Source: Fimicolochytrium jonesii
Taxonomy: Eukaryota
Length of the DNA: 64,000 nucleotides
Assembly (NCBI RefSeq): GCF_025526975.1
Contig: NW_026515689.1
Location: 186,001-250,000, forward strand
Direction of reading: 5' to 3'
Shown in pieces: positions 1 through 11,900 of the stretch. Both the position numbers and the translations under genes were made by a program. The notes beneath the pieces were generated by a model that did not search any database, was not told the DNA's origin, and saw only the letters and a list, made by a program, of their open reading frames with translations. The first letter of the stretch is position 1. Every line of letters begins with the position of its first letter.

Positions 1-3000
1 GCTCCAAAACCAGCAGTTAAAGGTGTGTGTGTAAAGCTGCTTCTGGCGATCGGTACCCGCTTGAAAACCTCAATGGAGTGTTTTGTAGCTGCAGTTCCGA
101 AGAAGGTTACAAACGCAGAAAACGGAGGCTCCTCTCTATCACTCTCTGGAAGCGATTCAGGCCTCTCCGAAGTGGAAGTTTCCGAAGACGATATTGTAGA
201 CTCGAGTGACGATGAGGTCGCAAAGCCAACATCCAAGTCTCGCAACACCAAAAGCAATGCAGCCACCCGTGCAAACACGCCAAAGCCTAAGAAACCTAGA
301 GTGTCCAAAAAGAAAACAACGGCCGTTCCACCCGAGGGCTCGCTTTTCGACATTGTCTCGAATCATGAGGATGCCATTGAGGCGCAGATATCAGATTGGA
401 TCGCTGACTACAACGAGAATAAAGTAACGGCAATGGTTGAATTGATCAATTTCTTGATCGAGGTAAGTGTGATGAAGGTTCGCTTTAGCTACTGTTGAGC
501 GATTGCTAAATACGTGTCCGTTTGCAGTCATGTGGATGCTCTGGACGCGTAGATGCATCGGTTTTCGAGGACCAGGATAGCATTACCGAGCGGCTTACGG
601 AGTTGCAGGAGCAAATCGAGGCTGTGAGTTATTGTGAGCGAGCGGCTTTCAGGCGTATGCTGTCTCTCACTCAACGTGAATCACTTCACAGCAACCACAT
701 TCCGAATATCCGATTGTGGCGAAAGGACGTGGACGGGGAGGGAACAAGTTCCGCAAGCATTTTGGCGACTTCTGGTCCAAATGGATAAGCCGGCTGAAGC
801 ACAACTTTTTGTTTGGAGACGATGGATGGTGCTTCGAGACGGTCGTCGTATGGCTAGTTGCCATGAGCTCGTCGGTGTTCAGACCATTCCGACACACGGC
901 GACTGCCACCGCCTTAGTGTTACTGACGGGCTTGTGCGACATCGGGAAGCAGATACTGGACGAGTTGACGGTAGCGAAAAGACAGTTGGCTGCGGAGACA
1001 AAGACCGCGAAATCGAGGGTTACCCCGAAGCAACAGCAATTGGATGGCAGGGTGCAGACGCTGCACGACAAGAAAGTGAAGGTGGAGACCTTCATGGACG
1101 ATCTTTTCGACAGGTGCGAGGGAGCTGTCAAGAACGGAAGTTTGAAAATCACTCAAGTTCACATTCATATCCTTCGTCCTGTAGTGTGTTTGTGCACAGA
1201 TATAGGGACAGCGAAGCGATTATTCGGATGGAATGCATCCGAGAACTTGGCTCCTGGATATTGCACTTGCCAGAAACGTATCTGAGCCCTCAGTACCTCC
1301 GTTATCTTGGCTGGATGTTGTCAGACAAGGTGGGTAAAATAGTGGCATATGGTGGAAATGGCAATGCCTGACCAAGAGACGGCTGTAGAATGGGCAAGTA
1401 CGCCTCGAGGCGCTGAGCTCCCTATCCCGACTCTACGCAGTGGAATCCATGGTCTCGGGTCTCCGCGAGTTCACCGAACGCTTCAAGCCCAGAATCATGC
1501 AAATGGCCATCCGCGAAGCCGATCTACAAGTGCGCTCTCAAGCGGTGCATTGCGTCACGTTCATCTCCCAGTCCGGATTCTTGGAAGACGACGACACCCG
1601 TTCCCTGATGCCCTTGATATTCGACGAAGATGCCAAGATCCGCGTTGGATTGTCAAAGCTGGTTCAAGAGATTTACACTGAGGAGTACTTGCAGGCCAAG
1701 AAAGATGAGCTGCGGACTCTGGGGGACAATGCCGTGCCTATCGGCGCGCAGGACAAATGGGTCGAGATCAAAGCGCTTTGCAGCATGTTTGTCGAGTTTG
1801 GGGAGATGCTGGCGGAAAATGAGAAGGAAGTCCAAAAACAGCAATCGCCGGGTGCCGCTTCAGCAACGCAGACCCAGTCACAGAGCTTAGTTTATGCCAC
1901 GGAATCCCAGCAGCTAATGAGCCAGGAGGGCGACGACGATGACTTGACTGAGGAGGAATTGGAAGAGCGAGCCCAGCGGCTAGCAGACCTGAAAGGGTTC
2001 CTTCAATGGGTCTGCAAGGACGACACCGGCAGCGCCGCTGGACCCGACGCTATCGGGTATAAGAAAGTGGAAGCGGCCGTTGCGGCTCTGTGGAACCATA
2101 TTGACGTGGTGCAGGATTGGCAGGGGATGTGCGAATACCTTTCTCACGATCTCACCAAAGGCACTGGCGATACGCAATCACAGAACTTGGATTCAACGCA
2201 ACACCCATTGCAGCTCACCGATAACGAGGAGACGTGTCTCGTGTACCTCATCAACGCCGTCATTTCGCGATTCCTCCAAATCCATGCCGACGAAGCCGCT
2301 ACCGGGACGAAGAAGAAGGCAGCCGGGGACAAAGAGGACTCGAGGAGTGAAGTCAGCCGCGGGTTAATCAAGCATTTGCCCAATATGATAAACAAGTATG
2401 GGTTTGATTACACGAGTGGCGGGCAGAAGCGGGCTGCTGAGATTGCGATCCTGGTGCGACATGTGGATGTGGGATTGTACCTTGAGATGCGGATGCTAAA
2501 GGTATGTTGACCCGCAAGTCGGCTGGCTTGGTTAGGCGGAGTGGCTGACACGTGCGTTTTGGTTCTGTAGGCGTACGACAGCATGTTTGATAGCGTCAAG
2601 AAGTTGTTCATGAAGCAGTTCAGCAGGGAAGTCCTGACCGAATGCGCGCAGACCCTCCGACATCTTTCCGGTGAAGGTAGCGGGGATGGACTGGACACGA
2701 ACGGCAGCAGCGTCCTGCAAAACGGAACCGATGACGCGGCTGCCGCTAGCGTCCGCAACTCTGCTACACAGAAGGTCGAAGAGCTGGCAGAAGACGTCAT
2801 CAACAACCAACTCGCCGAGGCCCTCCGGACCCTTGAAACCGCCATGAGCGACCAGGTCGAGGTCGGCATGGACACTCTCTACTCCCTCCGCAACTCCCTC
2901 CGCCGCGCTTCCCAGCTCTCGAAAGTGATGGGGCTAGGCGGCATGACGAAGTTGTTTGAAGCCAAGAACGATTCGGAATGGCGGGGTCTGTTTGACTTGC

Positions 3001-5576
3001 TGCATGCTGTGCTCAACGTCTGCCTGGCTGCTGCGACCAAGCAGCCGATGGTGGATAAGACCGCGGAGGATGGGGAGAATCTTAACCTGGTTTTGGACGA
3101 TATCCTTGAAACCGCTCTCAATGTCATGTGCTACGATGTTGGGTGGGAGTTGCGGGAGGCGTTCAGCAAAGCTGTCGCTGCCACGGATGAGGATGGAGAC
3201 CAGGAGGAAACGGATAAAGCTATTCCACCCGTCGAGCCCGGCCTGGCAAAGGATCTCCTCTGCGGCCACGAAGAGAAAAGCAGCAAACTCCTCCCGCTCG
3301 CGGAAGCCATCGTCGCCGGCAGTGAGGAAATGATCAACTTCAGCATCGGCGTCCGCTTAACCGCGTTCCAGGTCCTCACCTACATGTACCGCATGGTGAA
3401 CGGCGACGCCGCGTTTGCCTTCCCGCAGATCCGTAAACTACCCCCGGACGACGTTCAAGCCGCTTCGGTCGCGTTGATTGGCGGTGTTGCGGATGCGTTG
3501 TGCAGGGATGCGCGTGCTTTGTACCTCAACGACGTGAACGCAAAGGAGGCAGGGTTTCCGGTCCTCAACGAGGTGCAGAAGGAAACCGCCCGTTTTGAAA
3601 TGTCCCGATTCGCCGCTGCGTTGTCGGAGCTGCTGTTGATGGGCTCGTATGACCCGCAGCATGCAGTGGTGCTCTGCAAGTACTATGGCCTGGAAGATTC
3701 GGACGCGCAGTTGGCGGCCATGCAGCCGTTTGGGACGCTTTGGAATGGGGTGACTGATGTGTGCTTGAAGCATTTGTTGGTGGATCAGATGGCAGATGCT
3801 GTGGGGGAGGTTTTGGAGAAGGGGGAGGAGTCGAAGCAGGGGAGGTTGAAGAAGTTTAGGGCGACTGTTAGGGGTATGGCTGATGTTGTTTTCGACGGGC
3901 TTGTTCAGGTACGTTTTTGCTTCGTTCAAGAAGTGGTTGAACAGTGTGCTGATCCAATCTCTCGCCGCATAGGCGACGGATCTCTACCTCCGCTCGATCG
4001 TCGCTACACCCGACAACGCCCTCACCCTCGCCAAAGTCCTCATCACGCACCTCAAAACCTGGCTCTCCACCGTCAAAAGCACCGCCGATCTCAAAACCAC
4101 CCATGGCATCGTAGTCGAGACCCTCCTGGGCCTTCTCAAACGCGGCGGCGACGAAATGATTCTCCGCGTGCAGGAATGGGGTGTTGTCCATGAAGGCGTC
4201 GAAAGGGACGACATGGACTTTGTGAGGCCAAGGGATGTTAGGGCAGAGTTGGGAAAGGTTAATGAGGCGTGGAAGGTTTGGGGCGCCATTGGGGGGGCTG
4301 TGCAGCAGATTGTGCTCGAGTTGGGGATGTTGAAGCGGCCGAAGGCGGATAAGGATGAGGAGACTATTGATAATGTTGAGGATGTGTAAGTTGATCTTTT
4401 CCGTTTCCATTTGTTTCCCTCTTCTGTGTCGGTTACTAATGAGCATGGTTTTGAACTTTCACAGCGTCGGTCATATCTCGTCCAGCCTCCTGGAGAAAGG
4501 GTTCAAACCTGTTGAGACGGATAAGGAATGGGCTGGGTACTGGACGTTTGTGAAGGCCTTGGAAAAAGGTGACTCCACTGTGCGCCGGCGAGGTCGCAAA
4601 GCCAAGGTTGTTGCGAGTAGAGGTGAGTTCTCGTTTGCAAAGGCCTTTGGCGCCGAGTGGAAGGCTGATTTTCGCCTGGTCCGCTATAGACAACTCCCCA
4701 GCGCGAAAGGCAAAAGGCAAACGTGGCCGACCCGCCGCGAAGAAGAAAACTGTCAAGCAAGCTGCGCAGGACGATGAAGACACCGAAACAGGCACACGCC
4801 CAAATAAGAAGGCCAAACGTGGCCGACCCTCCGCCAAGAAACTGACCAAACAAAAAGACAATGAAGAAGACGACGAAGACGACGCGGGTACACCGGCAAG
4901 AGCTCCACAACGTCGTTCTGCACGGGCCTCTGTGAGTGCCAAGAAGAACTACAGGGAAGCGGAGGACGAGGAAGCGGAGGAGGAAGAAGTGCTCGAGGCC
5001 TCCGGGTCCGAGCCTGCAGATGGAGGCGGCGCGTTGGCGGGAGGGTTGGATGTAACGTTGGACACATCGGATATTTTCAAAGGGATGCCGAACGCCATGT
5101 CAACGCCTTTGTCGACGTATAAGCATCGACACAATCCCAACTCTGCCCGGTCGGTCGGAAGCCGTCTCTCGTCGGTACACGTTCAGGATGATATCGACGA
5201 TGAGGAGGAGGAGGATGATGAGCCGACGCCGAAAGCCAAGCCTGTGAAGACTGGAAAGGCCGCCGGACCGAAAGCGAAAAAACCTCCACCCCCACCACCA
5301 TCCGATGACGACATCTCAGACGAAGATTCCGCAGACCCCACCACCGACGGGAAGCAGACCGAGAACCGCGCATTCCGTCCAGTCGCTGCAGCACGCGTAC
5401 CCGCCAAACGGACACGCAGCGACACGCAAACACCTCCACCGCGGAACCGTCGCGGCGCGGCAGGCGTGGATACGGGAAGTTCAGGCGATAAGGAGAACAC
5501 GAATGGGGACGAGTCGGAAACCGGGTTCGTTAGCTCGCCGGAGATCAGGGGGCCCAAGAAGAGGATCCGCATTTGA
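1..5576 (+). CDS. SCC3: Cohesin subunit Scc3/STAG (stromal antigen), 5' end upstream of the window, multi-exon
   Basis: Spliced ORFs give STAG motifs: 'AMVELINFLIESCGC', 'MSSSVFRPFRHTAT', 'VFVHRYRD..AIIRMECIRELGSWI...YLRYLGWMLSDK', 'FTERFKPRIMQMA'. Acidic/basic disordered C-terminal tail ends at TGA 5574-5576. GT-AG introns include 23-88 and 463-527. Confidence 0.93.
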
Positions 5577-6128
5577 AACTTGCAAGCGAGGATGGGGTTC
5601 CATATTGTGTATCGTATGGTGGCTTTACGCTACCCTTGCTGCTTTTGTGAATATTGTGTTTTGAACACAGTATGGTATCCTTTTTTCTTCGCTGGTTTTG
5701 GCCTCGTTGGGGCTTTGCTCTACGTACCACTTTGTATCATATCATTTTTCGAGTTTGCTCTGGCAAACTCAATCCAATAGACTGCTTTTCCGTTTGCCTT
5801 TCAATGGGGGTCATCCAGAACGCGCTCGGAACGTCAGAGGACTCAGAACTTAGAAGCTAGAAACATTGTGCTTTGGCAAATCGCAAGTTTCTGACGCCAT
5901 CGCCATAGGATGCAAGTGGAAGCATTATGCGGAGTCGACAACTCCTTCGAGAACGACGAATATTCTCGTACTCGCTTTCCTATGACACGGGGAATATACA
6001 TAACAACACATTTTGTGCTGTCCTCTACTGACATCCGAGGCATTATGACTGTCTGACGCCTCTTGTTCGGTGTCCAGCGGTGCCTTAAGCTGTTAGTAGG
6101 GACCCTTTCCAGCGTGAACCTACCACTT

Positions 6129-6330
6129 CTAACGCTGACACTTTCTACTAGTCCGACGATGTCCGACGATGCCACAGACACTGCACTTGGAGGGGACCCT
6201 TCTTGGTTTCTTAGCTACGGGTTCCCCTCCGAAGGGTCTTTGCAAGTAAGCAGTTGAGAGCGGCGGAGCAAGCGGTGCAACCGTTGGACCGGTAGCGATG
6301 CTCGTTAGCCCCATGGTGTACATCTCACTC
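6129..6330 (-). other. Orphan CCHC zinc-knuckle coding fragment (possible transposase C-terminal remnant or last exon of a small gene)
   Basis: Minus-strand frame ends '...KKPRRVPSKCSVCGIVGHRRTSRKCQR*'. No catalytic domain or TIRs recognised upstream. Confidence 0.35.
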
Positions 6331-7210
6331 ATACTTACAGGCGATCCGTGCACGGGGCTACCACCAAGCAGAACGTTTTGTCGGTACATCTGAACAGAAG
6401 GAGTACAAACGGAAGGTGAGAAAGGAAAGACCAAAAAAAACTAAACATACTGGTCTGGTGCTCAGAAGGGGGTTCTGCGTGGGAAGGCAATGTTCGTGAC
6501 ATGCACTTACAATTCTTGTAACGTCTTCACCGGAGCGTAATTCTTATGCAGGCAGATCACCGCCGCTAGGGGGCTGCCAGGGAGTGTCTCATCACATCGG
6601 TTCACATTCCAGGAAAGGAACGTCCCTTCCTTACTCCCGCATCTGCCCAGTAGTTGTTCGGTGGGCTCGCTTGCGTTTCCTGAACAGCGTACAAATGCGA
6701 TGCCTTCTCCCGTCGGACACCGGGATCGTAGCCGCCCACCCATCTCCTAGAGGTTGCGTTCCAAGTGTGAGGTGGAGGTAGAGAATTCGAAGTCATGTGC
6801 CACCTCCAGTCCTTTGCTGCCGAGTAGTATATCAGGCCACTTCGTTCCTTCTAGACGTCGATGTATGAGGGCTGAATGTTCCTCCAGATAATTGCCCATG
6901 GACTTGGTCGCCTCGAAACGCCAGAGGCTGAACGGCATACAAAGAGTAACACAGCTCATCGATGAGCAAAACCACCCACCGTCTTTGAGCATGGAGAACA
7001 CCGAAGTCCTTGCCGAGCAAGTTCTGCATTCCAGATGTCCCGTGTTAGATGTCGAATAACCGTGTCTAACCCAAGCATAAAATGAGGGCAGCAACAGGCG
7101 CGCTGGTGTTACGTTACAATCGGTCTCAGGCTTGCTTGTTGTTGAGTGAAGGGTTTGTTCGCTTTTTACCAATGTTTATCGGTCTCTTCTGGATGTAAAA
7201 CCACTGTGTT

Positions 7211-7220
7211 CTAACCCTAA
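7211..7220. promoter_or_regulatory. Telomere-like CTAACCCTAA motif about 115 bp upstream of RPL23 (possible Tbf1/telo-box-type site)
   Basis: Sequence ctaaccctaa (reverse complement TTAGGGTTAG) lies in a ribosomal protein gene promoter. Confidence 0.35.
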
Positions 7221-7333
7221 CAATCGAATTGGCAAAACGCGGACGCCTCTAATCCGTCGCTTGTTGCGGTTCTCCTTCCTGTCCTGCAACCTTTCCATAC
7301 CAAAGTCATTTTGGTCGAAACAGCAAAGCCAAA

Positions 7334-8327
7334 ATGTCTAAGCGAGGTCAGTAAGCCGCACCACGACGACGACACACAGGACTGCAGGGACGACGTACGA
7401 GCCATCAGAGTGGATGGATGGATGGATGGTTCGGGTGGCTGGATGGATGGATTTTTGGTGGATGGACAAGTGAGACCGACATGTCGACACTTCAATTCGG
7501 AGGAACTATGTCGAGACGACTATGACTGTGCATACGAAGGACGACGACGGGGGTTGCGTTGCGGAGAAGGAGACTGGCGCCATGGTGGAGGGTCTAGCAA
7601 CACTCTGCGGCGGAATGAATGTCGGAGCGGACCTCAACGACTTTCTCCGAAGTGCAACTGCTAACCAGAACTATCGCACTCCTTTTTCCTTTATCGCTAC
7701 TTGGAATGAACAGGACGTTCGGGAGGTGAGGACGACTGTGCAGTTTTTTTTTCGTGATGGGAATGAATTCGATTCTAAATGGGTGTATATAGCTTCCGGT
7801 AACAAGTTCAGGATGACCCTTGGTCTCCCTGTCGGAGCAGTCATGAACTGCGCCGACAACAGTGGAGCCAAGAACCTGTACATCATTTCCGTCAAGGGAA
7901 TCAAGGGACGTCTCAACCGTCTTCCCGCCGCCGGTGTCGGAGACATGGTTTTGGCCACCGTGAAGAAGGGAAAGCCTGACTTGAGGAAGAAGGGTACGCA
8001 GACGTGGAACTAGTTGGGCGGTTGGGAACGTAGGATGTGGAAGGCTAACATTTTGGAATTGTAGTTATGCCCGCCGTCGTCATCCGTCAAAGGAAGCCCT
8101 GGCGCCGTCGTGACGGTATCTACCTTTACTTCGAGGGTATGTATTTCAGTTTTCACCGCGGCATGGATATGGATGCGAGGCTAACGACGATCATTCCCAC
8201 AGACAACGCTGGTGTCATTGTCAACCCCAAGGGAGAGATGAAGGGATCCGCCATCACCGGTCCCGTCGGAAAGGAGTGCGCTGACTTGTGGCCCAAGATC
8301 GCCTCCAGCTCCGGTACCGTCGTATAG
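7334..8327 (+). CDS. RPL23: 60S ribosomal protein L23 (uL14)
   Basis: Exons 7334-7346, 7714-7725 (12-nt microexon), 7793-7993, 8065-8136 and 8203-8327 splice to [38 protein letters not shown]...[18 protein letters not shown]. Confidence 0.97.
7411..7467 (+). repeat. Interrupted (GGAT)n microsatellite in RPL23 intron 1
   Basis: tggatggatggatggatgg ... tggatggatggat ... tggatgga. Confidence 0.8.
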
Positions 8328-8900
8328 AGGCCCTGGGGTTACACGCATGTATCATAGGAGTAATATACGCTCATGGGCAAAAGTTTTGAAATGGCGGATG
8401 CAGTTTGGGGTTGGACCTGGGCTTGAGCTCGTTGGAGGAACGCAGAATGTAGGAGGGGGACCGCTGAAGCAGTGCAATGTGGACGTTGTGGGAACTGGAA
8501 AATAACTGGACGCCGGTGTCGGCATATATTGTGGTTTTTTGGTCGATGTCGGGAGTCGGGCTCACATCCATGTTGACTGTGACCTGGGTGTTTCCGCCGT
8601 CTTCCAGTCCCGTCCGGATGCCTGTTAGTCGCCGATTCTCGGACACACATCAAATGCGTGTTTCGATTGGTTTGTTGTTTCGGCAAGATCACCTCCCCAG
8701 GCAAATGCTATAGCGTAGTCTTTTACCCTTCCCAGGTACCCCGCTCAGCAAACAAACACAAATCTCCGTACACTGCCAGCAGCAACCCGCCAGCGTCACT
8801 CTTGCACTTTCTGCTACTCCTATGCAATTGTGAATTTCATCAGCGACGCGTTAGCTCGCAAGCAGGATTCTCATAGGTTCCGAGGAAGTAGGGAACAGCC

Positions 8901-11900
8901 ATGGAGGACCCCAAGGAAGAGCCCTTCGCCCAGAATGCTGTGGTGGTAGACCCACAGCTGCTTCTTCGCCACATCGAGAAACTACTTCCTTTAGTCATAG
9001 ATTACGACGGTTCGGAAGCATTCAGTACTGCCGACGCTATTGAGAAGGCAGGCCGGTTTTGCGCCGACTCGCAGACGCAAGTTCTGTACATCGTAAAGGA
9101 GAAAGGGGATACCACCGAGGGCGCCGATGAGGGTACATTGCCCAGATGCTCTATCATTTTGCAGTTCCGCTCCCGATGAACTAACGTGTGCTTTTCCAGG
9201 AGAGAACGAGAAACCGGCAAACCCGCTTTCGTTGGGGTTTGATTTGACATATAGCCCGAAACAGATCGCAGCAGTAGCTGTCATCAAGCGATACCCATAT
9301 CTCGATGCGACACGTTCGCTGCAGCAACAGCTGCAGATCACAAACCTGCCCGGCCCTGGGGAAGGGGGGAATCCGTACGAGATATTACACTCGTACATTC
9401 ATAATGCCATATCGCCATTCTTCGATGCATTCGCCGTTTCTAAGAACGCCGCCACTTCGTCGGAGAGGTCGACCCGGGATGAGAAGGAAGGGAGAACAGG
9501 TGGGAACATGTTGAGCTTTGTAGGGTGGCAAATGCGGCATCCCGTGGGACTGAACTTATGCCTGCAGGAATACCGATGGCGAAGAAGAAGATTGCAGAAC
9601 TGGAACTCTCATTGCTACAGCTTCAGCAGAATGTGGAGATCCCGGATGTGGTGCTGAACTACAATCCCATTGTGCAGCGCACCGTCGACCATTGTCATGA
9701 AAGTGGGAAGCGAGTCAATGCGGATGCTGTGGGGGACCTGGTGGACGATTCTGCATTCCTTAACAGACTGCAAGCGGATGTGAATGGCTGGATCAAGGAG
9801 ATACAAAAGGTGACGAAGCTGAATCGTGACCCGTCGTCTGGCACGGCGAATCAGGAAATCAGCTTCTGGCTGAATCTGGAGCGGAGTCTCAACTCCATCG
9901 AAGAGCAGCTCCGGAGCGATCAAGTGGTGTTGACCCTTGACATTTTGAAACATGCGAAGCGTTTCCACGCGACCGTTAGTTTCTTGGCGGACACGGGTTT
10001 GAAGGAGGCGATGGAGCGCGTGCAGAAGTACAACATCTTGATGAAGGATTTCCCGCTGAACGAGCTGCTAGCCGCTACCGACCTGAGGAAGATTCAAACA
10101 TCATTGGGAATGATATTTGGACACCTTACGAAGAAGCTCAAGCTCTCTCCATACCCTATTCGACGTGCTCTCCCGCTCGTGGAGGGGATATCCCAAGACC
10201 TGAACGATCAGCTACTTCGTGTTCTCAACAGCCGTCGATTGATGTACATGGACTACGCGGAGTTTGAGAGGATTGCGTTGGGTTGCGACGAACTGTTCCG
10301 CACCTGGGATGAGCAAGTGAAAGAGTTCACGAATGTCGCGAGAGACCTTACTCGGAAACGGTCCGAGAAGTTCTTACCGATTAAGCTCACGCCGATGCAT
10401 GTCAAGCTGCAGGAGCGAATAAAGTTCATTCATGCGTTTAGGAAGCAGCATGAGCAGCTTTATGAGACTATAGTGAAGGTCATGCGTACGGAGAAAGGCG
10501 CGAAGGCGAAAGATGGGATGGGCGGGAGATCGGCTAGCTTATCGGATGGCAATGCGCTGGATGACGTGCGGCTGGCGTATGATACCATGAAGACTGTCGA
10601 TGTGCTTGACCTCACACCTGGTATGGTACTTTTCGCCAAGTTTTCTAACCAGCGCCGAATTTGACATATCTTGTACAGATGGAACGGAGCTCTGGGTATC
10701 TGCGGAATCATCGTACAATGACAAAGTCGCACGGGTGGAGAACCAGATCATTGCACGATTACGAGACAGACTGGGCACAGCGAAAAATGCCAATGAGATG
10801 TTTCGCGTGTTCTCCAAATTCAACGCGCTTTTCGTGCGGCCAAAGATTCGGGGTGCGATCCAGGAGTATCAGACGCAGCTGATTGACAGCGTCAAGGAAG
10901 ATATCAAGAAGTTGCATGACAAGTTCAAAATGCACTACAGCAACTCGGAGGCTCACAAAATGAGTCAGCTACGAGATCTGCCGCCAGTCGCGGGTGCTAT
11001 TGTGTGGGCTCGGCAGATCGAGCGGCAACTCGGACACTACATGAAACGCGTTGAGGATGTTCTTGGAAGGGGCTGGGAGCTATATGCGGAAGGGCAGAAG
11101 CTTCAGATGGAAAGCACTTCTTTCAAGAAGAAGCTGGAAACCCGCCCAATATACGATGCGTGGCTCGCAGACATCCTCAAACGTGATGTCTCCGTCACAG
11201 GCCGCATTTTCACCATCACGAAGAATCGGGCGCAGGGAAACGCATTACAGCTCGCGATCAACTTCGACGGTCAGGCAGTCGATCTCTTCAAGGAGGTTCG
11301 AAACTTGATCTGGTTGAACTTCCAGGTTCCGCATACCATCACTAGCATTGCGAAGGACGCAAAACGTGTACATCCTTTCGCGGTCTCACTCACTGAAACC
11401 GTGCGCACTTATCTGCAAACGCTGCAGAAGGTTGATCGCATGAAGGATATCCCGCAGCTGGTCGTTGTGTATAGGCGGGACATACACGCGTTGATCTCGA
11501 AGGGGATTCAGCTACGATGGGATTTTTTCGTCAACGTGGTACGAGCCATGCTACGATTTCCCTGGGTAACTTTGCAATGGCCACTTACCAAGCTTGCGGT
11601 CGTAGTACGATGTTCGCGCGATGACCGCAAACAACATTGAGATCAAGGAGAACCGACACGTCGTTTTCGTCCGAGACTTTGCGAGCACGGTGTCGCTCTT
11701 CCATGACAAGGCTAACGCTGCTGTGCTGGTGTCCGAGGACGTCCAACAATTGATCAAGCAGTTGGAAGTATGTCCGTTCGAGCTGGCTGCGTTCCAAGAG
11801 CTCCTTGGCAAAGTCCAGAAGCTGGTAAGCGACAGGGTTGAGGGCTGAGTATGACTCGACCAAAGAGGGATCTGACATTTTCTCCAAGATCGATCAACTG

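Noticed and set aside
7347..7713. Possible snoRNA in the long first intron of RPL23
   Set aside because: No RTGATGA/CTGA box pair or convincing H/ACA layout was seen.
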